A DNA stretch of 64,000 nucleotides, taken from assembly GCA_029257775.1 (NCBI GenBank), contig JARIAQ010000007.1:1096-65095 (forward strand), given 5' to 3'. Below are positions 10,138 through 19,217 of this stretch, in pieces. Position 1 is the first letter of the stretch. The number at the start of each line of letters is the position of its first letter. The DNA comes from Blautia sp. (lineage in GTDB: Bacteria > Bacillota > Clostridia > Lachnospirales > Lachnospiraceae). The position numbers and the translations under genes are program-made. Under the pieces are notes generated by a model. That model was not told the origin of the DNA and made no database searches. It saw nothing but the letters and a program-made list of their open reading frames with translations.

Positions 10138-11025
10138 ATGAGTGAATATAAAGTAACCTGTTGTTCTACAGCAGATATGCCTGCAGCATATTTTGATGAA
10201 AAGAAACTGCCGTTTGTGTGTTTTCATTTTCGCATGGATGGGGTGGAATATCCAGATGATTTAGGGAAATCAATGTCCTTTGAAGAATTTTATAAAAAAA
10301 TATCAGAAGGTTCAGAGCCGACTACGGCACAGGTGAATATGCAACAATATATGGATTTGTTTGAACCTATTTTAAAAGACGGAAAAGATATTCTTCATTT
10401 AACTTTATCAAGTGGGATTACGGGCAGTATTAACTCTGCAAATATGGCAAAAAATCAATTAGAAGAAATGTATCCAGATAGAAAAGTTTTTGTTGTAGAC
10501 TCTTTAGCTGCATCTTCAGGGTATGGAATGTTAGTAGATGCTGCTTTAGAAAATCAAGAAAAAGGATTTTCTCTTGAAGAAAATGTAAAATGGATAGAAG
10601 AAAATAGAAATCGCTTGCATCACTGGTTTTTTTCAACAGATTTGACTAGTTTTATAAGAGGAGGAAGAATTTCAAAGGTTTCTGGAGCAGTAGGACAGGC
10701 ACTTAATATCTGTCCACTTATGAATGTGAATGTAGAAGGAAAATTAATTCCAAGAAATAAATATAGAGGTAAGAAACAAGTTATTCGACAAATGGTTAAA
10801 AGGATGGAAGAACACGCCCAAAATCAGACACAGTATAGTGGGAAATGTATGATGTCTTGCTCTGCTTGTGAAGAAGATGCTAGAAAAGTAGCAGATATGA
10901 TTGAGGAGGAATTTCCAAATTTAAATGGTAAAGTTCAAATCAACAGTATTGGTACGGTAATTGGTTCTCATACGGGGCCAGGGACTGTGGCATTGTTTTT
11001 TTGGGGAGATGAGAGAACTGAGTAA
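10138..11025 (+). CDS. DegV family fatty-acid-binding protein
   Basis: STADMP, PTTAQVN, LSSGITGS, VVDSLAASSGYG and IGSHTGPGTVALFF motifs. Confidence 0.92.
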   Translation: MSEYKVTCCSTADMPAAYFDEKKLPFVCFHFRMDGVEYPDDLGKSMSFEEFYKKISEGSEPTTAQVNMQQYMDLFEPILKDGKDILHLTLSSGITGSINSANMAKNQLEEMYPDRKVFVVDSLAASSGYGMLVDAALENQEKGFSLEENVKWIEENRNRLHHWFFSTDLTSFIRGGRISKVSGAVGQALNICPLMNVNVEGKLIPRNKYRGKKQVIRQMVKRMEEHAQNQTQYSGKCMMSCSACEEDARKVADMIEEEFPNLNGKVQINSIGTVIGSHTGPGTVALFFWGDERTE

Positions 11026-11103
11026 AATTTATGTAAAATTCCTGTAAAATCTCTGGTTACTTTATGGAAAATCCTTGCATAACCATGGAAACAATGCTAT
11101 ATT
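11022..11103 (+). promoter_or_regulatory. Promoter with three upstream GTAAAAT direct repeats at 11-bp period
   Basis: GTAAAAT at 11022, 11033 and 11044. TTGCAT (11075-11080), 17 bp, TG-c-TATATT (11098-11103). Confidence 0.65.
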
Positions 11104-11150
11104 GAACCTCGATAGTATGGGAATTTATCAGAGAGAAAAAGGAGAATTTT

Positions 11151-11627
11151 ATGTTAGAAAAGTACCTGATTGTGTTTTTTGTATCTATGGTACCATTAAT
11201 TGAATTAAGGGGTGCAATCCCTATTGCAGAAGGTTTACAGTTACCATTTCTTCAATATTATGTTATTGCAATTTTAGGAAATATGCTTCCGGTACCAATT
11301 ATTTACTTTTTTGCCAGAAAAGTTTTGGTGTGGGGAAGTAAAAAACCGGTAATTGGGAAATTTTTTTCCTGGTGTCTTGATAAAGGAGAACGTGGTGGAA
11401 AAAAATTACAGAAAAAAGCAGGAAAAGGTTTGTTTATTGCCTTATTGTTGTTTGTAGGTATTCCACTCCCTGGAACAGGAGCGTGGACAGGAACTCTTGC
11501 GGCAAGTATTTTAGATATGGATTTTAAATCTAGTGTAATTGCAGTTATGTTAGGAGTTCTATTAGCAGGTATTATTATGGCTGCTGTAAGCATGGGGGCA
11601 TTCGGTGCATTAGGAGCATTTTTTTAA
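11151..11627 (+). CDS. Small multidrug-export-like membrane protein (COG2426-like)
   Basis: SMVPLIELRGAIP and FVGIPLPGTGAWTG motifs; hydrophobic helices. Confidence 0.8.
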   Translation: MLEKYLIVFFVSMVPLIELRGAIPIAEGLQLPFLQYYVIAILGNMLPVPIIYFFARKVLVWGSKKPVIGKFFSWCLDKGERGGKKLQKKAGKGLFIALLLFVGIPLPGTGAWTGTLAASILDMDFKSSVIAVMLGVLLAGIIMAAVSMGAFGALGAFF

Positions 11628-11650
11628 AATAAAATTATAGAAATATAATG

Positions 11651-11693
11651 AAAAGGCATCATTCTGAAATTATTTTTTAGAATGATGCCTTTT
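11651..11693. terminator. Bidirectional terminator
   Basis: Perfect 15-bp arms AAAAGGCATCATTCT / AGAATGATGCCTTTT, with a U-tract available on either strand. Confidence 0.85.
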
Positions 11694-11865
11694 ACTGTGT
11701 TTCATTGTCCATTGGAAAATACCTCACATAAAATTTTGATTTAAATTAATAAATTTCTGGTGGTCCGTACCTCTCTTTCGTTAAATTATAAGGAATACTT
11801 TCGTGTTTTGGTGGTATCAGTCCTTTCTGAACTTGAATTTTTCTTTCGATTTATTTTATGATTAA

Positions 11866-11894
11866 AATATATCATATAAATATAAAAAAGTCAA
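11866..11894 (-). promoter_or_regulatory. Orphan minus-strand sigma-A promoter with no long ORF before the terminator
   Basis: Minus strand reads TTGACT (11894-11889), 17 bp, TG-a-TATATT (11871-11866). Confidence 0.5.
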
Positions 11895-12054
11895 CATAAA
11901 AAACAGAAAAAATAAATTAAATATTTTAAAATACTGTATTAAAATATCATACAATAGAAAATATCAGAAAATTTAAGAAAATTCTAAAAGTGGAAAAAAA
12001 TAAAATATAATGTTATAATGATATTAAAAATAAAGAGATGGAAGGTCGCTGGAT

Positions 12055-12540
12055 ATGGAAATAAGAAAGGCATTATTAGAAGAAATTCCTGAAGTTATGA
12101 AAATATATGAAAAAGCAAGGGAGTTTATGACAGAACATGGAAATCCTACACAGTGGATGAATGGATATCCATCAAAAGAGATTGTGACAGAAGATTGTAT
12201 AAATGGAGAGCTGTATGTATGTGTTTCTGAAGAAAAACTTGCAGGCGTTTTTATGTTTACTATGAGACCGGATCTTACATACAAAGAAATATTTCAGGGA
12301 AAATGGTTAAATGACAATCCTTATGGGACGATGCATCGAATGGCTTCATCAGGGATAAAGAAGGGAGTATCTTCTTTTTGCCTTAAATGGTGTTTTGAAA
12401 AGTGTGGGAACGTTCGAGGAGATACCCATGAAGATAATTATGTGATGCAGAATGTTTTTGAAAAGAATGGGTTTAAACGATGTGGGATAATTTACACAGC
12501 GGATCAAACACCTAGAATAGCATATCAAAAGGAGGATTAA
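12055..12540 (+). CDS. GNAT family N-acetyltransferase
   Basis: N-terminal IRKA, MHRMASSGIKKG motif A, and DTHEDNYVMQNVFEKNGF motif B. Confidence 0.8.
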   Translation: MEIRKALLEEIPEVMKIYEKAREFMTEHGNPTQWMNGYPSKEIVTEDCINGELYVCVSEEKLAGVFMFTMRPDLTYKEIFQGKWLNDNPYGTMHRMASSGIKKGVSSFCLKWCFEKCGNVRGDTHEDNYVMQNVFEKNGFKRCGIIYTADQTPRIAYQKED

Positions 12541-12543
12541 TAA

Positions 12544-13416
12544 ATGGAATTGTTAGAGAGAAATGCTCCGTGTTGGTGCGGAAGTGGAAAAAAGTATAAA
12601 AAATGTCATTATAATTTTGATGAAAAACTAAAATTTTATGAGAGTAAAGGAGTACTAATCCCTTCTCATGAGCTTATTAAGACACCGGAGCAAATTGCTG
12701 GAATTAAGGAAAGTGCAAAGGTAAATATTGAAATTTTAGATTATGTGGCAGACCATATAAAAGAAGGTGTTACCACAGAGGAGATTGATAATTGGGTGGC
12801 AGAAATTACAGCAAAGGCAGGAGCTGTAGCAGCACCTCTTAATTATGAGGGATTTCCGAAAAGTGTGTGCACATCTATAAATGAGCAAGTATGCCATGGA
12901 ATTCCATCAGAGGATGTAGTACTGAAAGATGGAGATATTATTAATGTTGATGTGTCCACTATTTTAAATGGATATTTTTCAGATTCCTCTCGTATGTTCT
13001 GTATTGGAAATGTAAGTGAGGAGAAAAAAAGGTTAGTGGAAGTCACTCATCAGTGTGTTGAAAAAGGTTTAGAGCAAGTAAAACCTTGGGGATATTTAGG
13101 AGATATGAGCCAGGCAGTTTATGATCATGCTCATGTAAATGGATATTCTGTTGTAAGAGAAATTGGAGGACATGGAGTTGGACTGGAATTTCATGAAGAT
13201 CCATGGGTAGGATATATTGGAAAAGCAGGGACAGGAATGTTGTTAGTGCCAGGAATGATGTTTACTATTGAACCCATGATTAATATGGGAAGTCATGAAA
13301 TATTTGTTGATGAAAATGATGGATGGACGATTTATACAGAAGATGGAAAACCATCTGCACAGTGGGAAATTATGGTATTGGTGACAGAACAGGGCTGTGA
13401 AGTGATTTCTTATTAA
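12544..13416 (+). CDS. map: Type I methionine aminopeptidase with N-terminal SEC-C zinc motif
   Basis: RNAPCWCGSGKKYKKCH (SEC-C), then SINEQVCHGIP, DIINVDV, DSSRMF, GGHGVG and FTIEPMIN. Confidence 0.95.
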   Translation: MELLERNAPCWCGSGKKYKKCHYNFDEKLKFYESKGVLIPSHELIKTPEQIAGIKESAKVNIEILDYVADHIKEGVTTEEIDNWVAEITAKAGAVAAPLNYEGFPKSVCTSINEQVCHGIPSEDVVLKDGDIINVDVSTILNGYFSDSSRMFCIGNVSEEKKRLVEVTHQCVEKGLEQVKPWGYLGDMSQAVYDHAHVNGYSVVREIGGHGVGLEFHEDPWVGYIGKAGTGMLLVPGMMFTIEPMINMGSHEIFVDENDGWTIYTEDGKPSAQWEIMVLVTEQGCEVISY

Positions 13417-13428
13417 TGGAAAAGGGGG

Positions 13429-13457
13429 TTGACATTCCATTTTTTTAATGGTATGTT
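13429..13457 (+). promoter_or_regulatory. Sigma-A promoter for the riboswitch-purine operon
   Basis: TTGACA (13429-13434), 17 bp, TG-g-TATGTT (13452-13457). Confidence 0.75.
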
Positions 13458-13461
13458 GTAA

Positions 13462-13560
13462 GTGCTTATATGACTGACGGAAGTGGAAATGACCACAGGG
13501 AGTATAAGCCAAGGAAGCCGACCGTCTGGGCATATATGCTCGGGCAGTGGGCTTTTTTGT
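13462..13560 (+). ncRNA. ZMP/ZTP riboswitch (pfl motif) with downstream terminator-like expression platform
   Basis: P1 CTTATA/TATAAG encloses TGACTGACGGAAGTGG...CCACAGGGAG, and the 3' element is GCCGACCGTCTGGGC; both match the pfl-motif consensus as I recall it. Followed by GCTCG...TGGGC and a T6 tract; lies directly upstream of IMP cyclohydrolase/AICAR transformylase genes. Confidence 0.92.
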
Positions 13561-13622
13561 TGTTATATAAGAAATATATGGCTTTTACCGAGTATATCGT
13601 TCATTAAAAAGGAGAAAAATTC

Positions 13623-14336
13623 ATGGAAATGTTATCATTAACAAAAGAATTAAGAGAAAATGCATATCCGGGCAGAGGAATTGTTCTGGGAAAATCAGAG
13701 GACGGAAAAAAAGCAGTGGCTGCTTATTTTATTATGGGAAGAAGCGAAAACAGCAGAAATCGTGTATTTGTAGAAGATGGTGAAGGAATTCGTACACAGG
13801 CATTTGATCCTTCCAAGTTGGTTGATCCAAGCTTAATTATTTATGCTCCTGTACGTGTTTTGGGAAATAAAACAATTGTAACAAATGGAGATCAAACAGA
13901 TACGATTTATGAGGGTATGGACAGACAGATGACTTTTGAACAGTCTTTAAGAAGCCGTGAATTTGAACCAGATGGACCAAATTATACACCAAGAATTTCA
14001 GGAATTATGCATGTTGAAAACGGAAAATATAATTATGCAATGTCTATTTTAAAAAGTAATAATGGAAATCCGGAAGCATGTAATCGTTATACTTTTGCTT
14101 ATGAAAATCCAGTAGCCGGAGAAGGTCATTTTATTCATACATATATGCATGATGGAAATCCCCTTCCAAGTTTTGAAGGAGAACCTAAACTGGTAAGTAT
14201 TCCTAATAATATTGATGAGTTTAAAGATAATCTTTGGGAAAGCTTAAATGAAGAAAACAAAGTATCTTTATTTGTTCGCTTTATTGACCTTGAAACAGGT
14301 AAGTATGAAACAAGAATTGTAAATAAAAATAAATAA
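13623..14336 (+). CDS. Stand-alone IMP cyclohydrolase (PurO-like)
   Basis: YPGRGIVLG, YFIMGRSENSRNR, TNGDQTD and EPDGPNYTPRISG motifs; sits between the ZTP riboswitch and the AICAR transformylase gene. Confidence 0.85.
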   Translation: MEMLSLTKELRENAYPGRGIVLGKSEDGKKAVAAYFIMGRSENSRNRVFVEDGEGIRTQAFDPSKLVDPSLIIYAPVRVLGNKTIVTNGDQTDTIYEGMDRQMTFEQSLRSREFEPDGPNYTPRISGIMHVENGKYNYAMSILKSNNGNPEACNRYTFAYENPVAGEGHFIHTYMHDGNPLPSFEGEPKLVSIPNNIDEFKDNLWESLNEENKVSLFVRFIDLETGKYETRIVNKNK

Positions 14337-14356
14337 GAGTAAGAAGGGAGAAAATT

Positions 14357-15541
14357 ATGAAAGAATTAGCTTTAAAATATGGTTGTAATCCCAATCAGAA
14401 ACCATCTAGAATTTATATGGCCAATAACAGTGAACTTCCTATTCAGGTGTTATCTGGGAAACCGGGATATATTAATTTTTTAGATGCATTTAATGGTTGG
14501 CAATTAGTAAGAGATTTAAAAAAAGCAACAGGACTTCCAGCAGCAACTTCTTTTAAACATGTATCTCCGGCAGGAGCTTCTGTAGGACTTCCTCTTACAG
14601 AGACTTTGGCAAAAATTTACTGGGTAAATGATATGGAATGGCAGAAATTTTCACCGATTGCTTGCGCTTATGCAAGAGCAAGAGGTGCAGATCGTATGTC
14701 TTCTTTCGGTGATTTTATTGCATTATCTGATGTATGTGATAGAGATACAGCGTTATTGATTAAAAGAGAAGTATCGGATGGTGTTATTGCACCGGGTTAT
14801 ACAGAAGAAGCGCTGGAAATTCTGGGACAGAAGAAAAAAGGAAATTACAATATCATTGCTATTGATGAGAATTATGTACCAGCTCAATTAGAGCATAAAG
14901 AAGTATTTGGTATTACTTTTGAGCAGGGACGTCAGGAACTTTGTATTGATGATGAATTGATTTCTAATTTAGTTACAGAAAATAAAGAACTGACAGAAGA
15001 AGCAAAAAGAGATTTGAAGATTTCTCTTATTATTTTAAAGTATACACAGTCAAACTCTGTGTGTTTTGTAAAAGATGGACAGGCAATTGGAGTAGGAGCA
15101 GGACAGCAGTCTCGTGTACATTGTACACGATTGGCAGGTCAGAAGGCTGATAACTGGTGGTTAAGACAGAGTCCTAAGGTTTTAAATCTGCCATTTAAAG
15201 AAACAATCAGCCGTGCAGAAAGAGATAATGCTATTGATGTATATATTGGTGAGGAATATATGGATGTGCTAGCAGATGGAGTATGGGAAAATACTTTTAC
15301 AGAGAAACCAGAAATCTTTACGAGAGAAGAAAAGAGAGAGTGGCTAGACAAAATGCAAGGAGTTATTCTCGGATCGGATGCTTTCTTCCCATTTTCTGAT
15401 AATATTGAAAGAGCGCATAAAAGTGGTGTAGCATATATTGCACAGCCAGGAGGCTCTGTACGTGACGATGCAGTAATTGAAACTTGTAATAAATATAATA
15501 TGGTGATGGCATTTACCGGTATTCGCTTATTCCATCACTAA
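14357..15541 (+). CDS. purH: AICAR transformylase (PurH formyltransferase half only)
   Basis: LKYGCNPNQ, SFKHVSPAG, YTQSNSV, GAGQQSRVHCT, SDAFFPF and QPGGSVRD. Begins at the formyltransferase domain with no N-terminal IMPCH domain. Confidence 0.9.
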   Translation: MKELALKYGCNPNQKPSRIYMANNSELPIQVLSGKPGYINFLDAFNGWQLVRDLKKATGLPAATSFKHVSPAGASVGLPLTETLAKIYWVNDMEWQKFSPIACAYARARGADRMSSFGDFIALSDVCDRDTALLIKREVSDGVIAPGYTEEALEILGQKKKGNYNIIAIDENYVPAQLEHKEVFGITFEQGRQELCIDDELISNLVTENKELTEEAKRDLKISLIILKYTQSNSVCFVKDGQAIGVGAGQQSRVHCTRLAGQKADNWWLRQSPKVLNLPFKETISRAERDNAIDVYIGEEYMDVLADGVWENTFTEKPEIFTREEKREWLDKMQGVILGSDAFFPFSDNIERAHKSGVAYIAQPGGSVRDDAVIETCNKYNMVMAFTGIRLFHH

Positions 15542-15545
15542 AAGA

Positions 15546-15571
15546 AAAGGCACCTTCGGGTGTCTTTTTTT
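15546..15571 (+). terminator. Intrinsic terminator with UUCG loop
   Basis: AAAAGGCACC-TTCG-GGTGTCTTTTTT. Confidence 0.85.
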
Positions 15572-15678
15572 GATATAGTTATACGCTAATGTAAGAATAA
15601 AAAATATTGACAAAGAAGAAGATTTTGATATACTTTGAGAGTAAATAACATGTCAAAGAACAGATAGGAGAGTGAAAT

Positions 15679-16665
15679 ATGAGTATTAAAATTGGTATTT
15701 TAGGATATGGTAACTTAGGTCGAGGTGTAGAATGTGCAGTGAAGCATAATCCTGACATGGAATTGGTTGCAGTATTTACACGTCGTAATCCTGCAGATGT
15801 TCAGATTTTGACAGAGACAGCAAAGGTTTATCACGTAGATGAGGCTATCAAAATGAAGGATGAAATTGATGTTTTAATTCTCTGTGGCGGAAGTGCTACA
15901 GATTTGCCGATTCAGACTCCTGAGTTTGCACAGTATTTTAACGTGGTGGATAGCTTTGATACTCATGCAAGAATTCCAGAGCATTTTCAGGTAGTAGATG
16001 AGGCTGCTAAAAAGGGAGGCAAGGTTGCCATGATTTCCGTAGGCTGGGATCCAGGTATGTTTTCTTTGAATCGTCTCTATGCCAATGCGATTTTACCAGG
16101 TGGAAAGGATTATACTTTTTGGGGAAAAGGTGTTAGTCAAGGGCATTCTGATGCAGTCAGAAGAATTGATGGCGTGTTGGATGCAAGACAGTATACCATT
16201 CCTGTAAAAGAGGCTTTAGATGCGGTAAGAGAAGGAAAAAGTCCAGAACTTTCAGTGCGTCAAAAACATACAAGAGAAGTCTTTGTAGTTGTGCGGGAAG
16301 ATGCGGATAAAGCAAAGATTGAAGAAGAAATTAAGACCATGCCTAATTATTTTGATGAATATGATACAAGTGTACATTTTATTACAAAAGAAGAGATGGA
16401 AGCAGACCATGCTGGACTTCCTCATGGAGGTTTTGTAATTCGTACTGGGAATACTGGCTGGGAAGATGAACATAAACATGTAATTGAGTATAGTTTGAAA
16501 TTGGAATCTAATCCTGAATTCACCTCTTCTGTAATTACAGCTTATGCAAGAGCTGCTTATCGCATGAGCCAAGAAGGTCAGAAGGGATGTAAAACTGTGT
16601 TTGATGTAGCTCCTGTTTATTTGAGTCTTCAGACACCAGAAGAACTTCGTAAAAAAATGTTGTAA
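15679..16665 (+). CDS. ddh: meso-Diaminopimelate dehydrogenase
   Basis: GYGNLG, VDSFDTH, ISVGWDPG, FWGKGVSQGHSDA and NPEFTSSV. Promoter TTGACA (15607), 16 bp, TG-a-TATACT. Confidence 0.95.
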   Translation: MSIKIGILGYGNLGRGVECAVKHNPDMELVAVFTRRNPADVQILTETAKVYHVDEAIKMKDEIDVLILCGGSATDLPIQTPEFAQYFNVVDSFDTHARIPEHFQVVDEAAKKGGKVAMISVGWDPGMFSLNRLYANAILPGGKDYTFWGKGVSQGHSDAVRRIDGVLDARQYTIPVKEALDAVREGKSPELSVRQKHTREVFVVVREDADKAKIEEEIKTMPNYFDEYDTSVHFITKEEMEADHAGLPHGGFVIRTGNTGWEDEHKHVIEYSLKLESNPEFTSSVITAYARAAYRMSQEGQKGCKTVFDVAPVYLSLQTPEELRKKML

Positions 16666-17556
16666 ATGACAGAGAAAGTGAGTAAAAAAGTGAGTTCTAA
16701 GGTAAGTGCAAAAAAAGAAACAAAAAGAATTCTGTTTGGTCTTATCGGCGCCATGATTATGGCTGTGAATATTAAAACCTTTGTGCGGGCAGGGGGGCTA
16801 TATCCCGGTGGATTTAATGGTGTTACTTTGTTGTTTCAAACTATTTGTGACAGATTTTTCGATATCACAGTTCCATTTTCTCCTATTAGTTTAGCGTTAA
16901 ATGCAATTCCAGCAATTATTAGCTTTAAGGCAATAGGAAAGAAATTTACGGTTGTTACCAGCTGTATGATTGTTGCTACTAGTATTTTAACGGACTTGGT
17001 TCCGGCAGTTCCGATTACAGAAGATATTTTGCTGATTAGTATTTTCGGAGGCTTGATTAATGGAGTGGCAATCAGCATTTCGTTGATTGGAGGAACTTCA
17101 ACAGGAGGAACTGATTTTATTGCCATTTACTTTGCGGAAAAGAAAAATAAAGATGTGTGGAATTATATTTTGCTGGGAAATGCAGTTGTACTTTTAATTG
17201 CTGGTTACCTTTTTGGTTGGGATAAGGCTTTGTATTCTATTATTTTCCAGTATACTTCTACACAGACCATACATCTATTGTATCAAAATTATAAAAAGGT
17301 TACTTTATTTGTAGTGACGGAAAACCCAGAAGCTGTTTATCAAGCAATTGCAGAGGTTACAAACCATAGTGCAACAGAGTTTTCAGCAACAGGAATGTAT
17401 TCAAATGAGAAACGAAAAATGATTTATTCGGTAGTGTCTACAGTAGAAGCTAAAATGCTTACTAGAAAAGTTATGGAAGCTGATGCGCATGCGTTTGTAA
17501 ATATTGTAAAAACAGATATGTTGCTGGGTAGATTCCATCAAGAAAATAATTACTAA
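16666..17556 (+). CDS. YitT family membrane protein
   Basis: LYPGGFNG, GTSTGGTDFIA and C-terminal DUF2179-like DAHAFVNI; start abuts the ddh stop (TAAATG). Confidence 0.85.
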   Translation: MTEKVSKKVSSKVSAKKETKRILFGLIGAMIMAVNIKTFVRAGGLYPGGFNGVTLLFQTICDRFFDITVPFSPISLALNAIPAIISFKAIGKKFTVVTSCMIVATSILTDLVPAVPITEDILLISIFGGLINGVAISISLIGGTSTGGTDFIAIYFAEKKNKDVWNYILLGNAVVLLIAGYLFGWDKALYSIIFQYTSTQTIHLLYQNYKKVTLFVVTENPEAVYQAIAEVTNHSATEFSATGMYSNEKRKMIYSVVSTVEAKMLTRKVMEADAHAFVNIVKTDMLLGRFHQENNY

Positions 17557-17631
17557 ATTTTAATTGTGCAAAAAAAAGAGATATTATATTAAGTGTATTG
17601 CTTAAATATAATATCTCTTTCGTTATAGAAT

Positions 17632-19050
17632 TTATTTTTTACCACTGAAGCAGTAAGTACATACTTTACATGGCTCAATTGGAATGGAAGATAATAAATC
17701 ATCCAAGCGATGGAAGTGCAGTGTAGTGAAGTTTAACTGTCTTCCAATTTCTTCCAACATTTCTTTATAATTGGTAGAGTCTGGGTCGGCATAGGAATTT
17801 AAGACTTCACGACTTACGTTTTCTCCTTCTCGTGCAGCAATAATTCTTCTTGTGATTAAATCCATTTCAGATTTAGAACGAGAGAAGTTTAAGTAAGGGC
17901 AGCCAAACATTAAAGGCGGACATGCCGGACGAATATGTACTTCTTTTGCACCACTGCTATATAAGAATTCTGTGGTTTCACGAAGCTGAGTTCCACGTAC
18001 AATAGAGTCATCAATTAGTAAAAGTTTACGATTCTTAATCAATGCTTCAACGGGGATTAATTTCATCTTAGCAATGAGATTACGTTGTTCTTGACGAGAA
18101 GGCATAAAGGAGCGAGGCCATGTTGGAGTATATTTAATAAATGGGCGGGCAAATGGAATGCCAGATTCATTTGCATAGCCGATGGCATGAGCAATACCAG
18201 AATCGGGTACACCAGCTACTAAATCAGGTTCTACATCGTCTCTGTGTGCGTCACGTTGTGCCAGTCTTTTACCACATTCGTACCGCATAGTTTCTACATT
18301 GATACCTTCGTAAGTAGAAGTAGGATATCCATAATATACCCATAGGAAGGAACAAATTTTCATTTCATTTAAAGGTTCTGATAGGGTTTCACAGCTTTCA
18401 GGAGTCAGGTAAACAATTTCTCCAGGTCCTAACTCTTTTAGTGTTTCATAGCCTAAATTCAGATAAGCAAAGCTTTCAAAAGAAACACAGTGAGCATCTT
18501 CTTTATGTCCAATAATTAAAGGTGTTCTTCCCATTCGATCACGGGCTGCATAAATGCCTTCTGGTGTCAGAATAAGAAGGGTCATAGAACCTTCGATGAC
18601 TTCCTGTGCATAACGAATACCATCCACGATAGTTGCCTGTTGGTTAATTAAAGATGCAACAATTTCCGTTGGGTTAATACATCCGCCACTCATTTCTAAA
18701 AAATGCGTACAGCCGTTTTTATAAGAAATATCAACAAGTTCTTCTGTGTTGTTAATTTTTCCTACAGTTGTAATTGCGAAGCTGCCTAAATGAGATTGTA
18801 CTAAAAGCGGTTGGGGTTCATTGTCTGAAATACAACCAATACCACAGGTTCCTTCCAATTCATCTAGATCATGATCAAACTTTGTACGGAAGGGAGTGTT
18901 TTCAATATCATGAATAGAACGGCTGAAACCGTTTTTTCCATGGACTGCAAGCCCTCCACGTTTGGTACCTAAATGAGAATGATAGTCTGTTCCGAAAAAT
19001 AAGTCCAGGGTACAACTAGACTTAGATGTTACTCCAAATATTCCACCCAT
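17632..19050 (-). CDS. purF: Amidophosphoribosyltransferase, variant lacking the N-terminal catalytic Cys
   Basis: PRPP motif LLLIDDSIVRGTQL, VAGVPDSG and Fe-S-type cysteines (CSFLWVYY, CPPLMFGC, CxxCxxCF) are present. N-terminus is MGGIFG instead of (M)CGIFG. Confidence 0.9.
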   Translation of the reverse strand: MGGIFGVTSKSSCTLDLFFGTDYHSHLGTKRGGLAVHGKNGFSRSIHDIENTPFRTKFDHDLDELEGTCGIGCISDNEPQPLLVQSHLGSFAITTVGKINNTEELVDISYKNGCTHFLEMSGGCINPTEIVASLINQQATIVDGIRYAQEVIEGSMTLLILTPEGIYAARDRMGRTPLIIGHKEDAHCVSFESFAYLNLGYETLKELGPGEIVYLTPESCETLSEPLNEMKICSFLWVYYGYPTSTYEGINVETMRYECGKRLAQRDAHRDDVEPDLVAGVPDSGIAHAIGYANESGIPFARPFIKYTPTWPRSFMPSRQEQRNLIAKMKLIPVEALIKNRKLLLIDDSIVRGTQLRETTEFLYSSGAKEVHIRPACPPLMFGCPYLNFSRSKSEMDLITRRIIAAREGENVSREVLNSYADPDSTNYKEMLEEIGRQLNFTTLHFHRLDDLLSSIPIEPCKVCTYCFSGKK

Positions 19051-19217
19051 TGCTGTTCTCCTTTTCTTGGAATTTCCAATTTAGTTTTCATTCTATTATA
19101 TACTCCAAATTTACCTTTCGTAAAGAGATTTCAGAAAAGTTTTTCACTTCGCAAGGGAGAAAAAATAGTGTATAATAAAAAGGTAAATGTACAAATAGAC
19201 AAGAAAAGGAGAAAAGA

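Noticed and set aside
15572-15678. Lysine riboswitch upstream of ddh
   Set aside because: The leader after the promoter is about 40 nt, far shorter than the aptamer.
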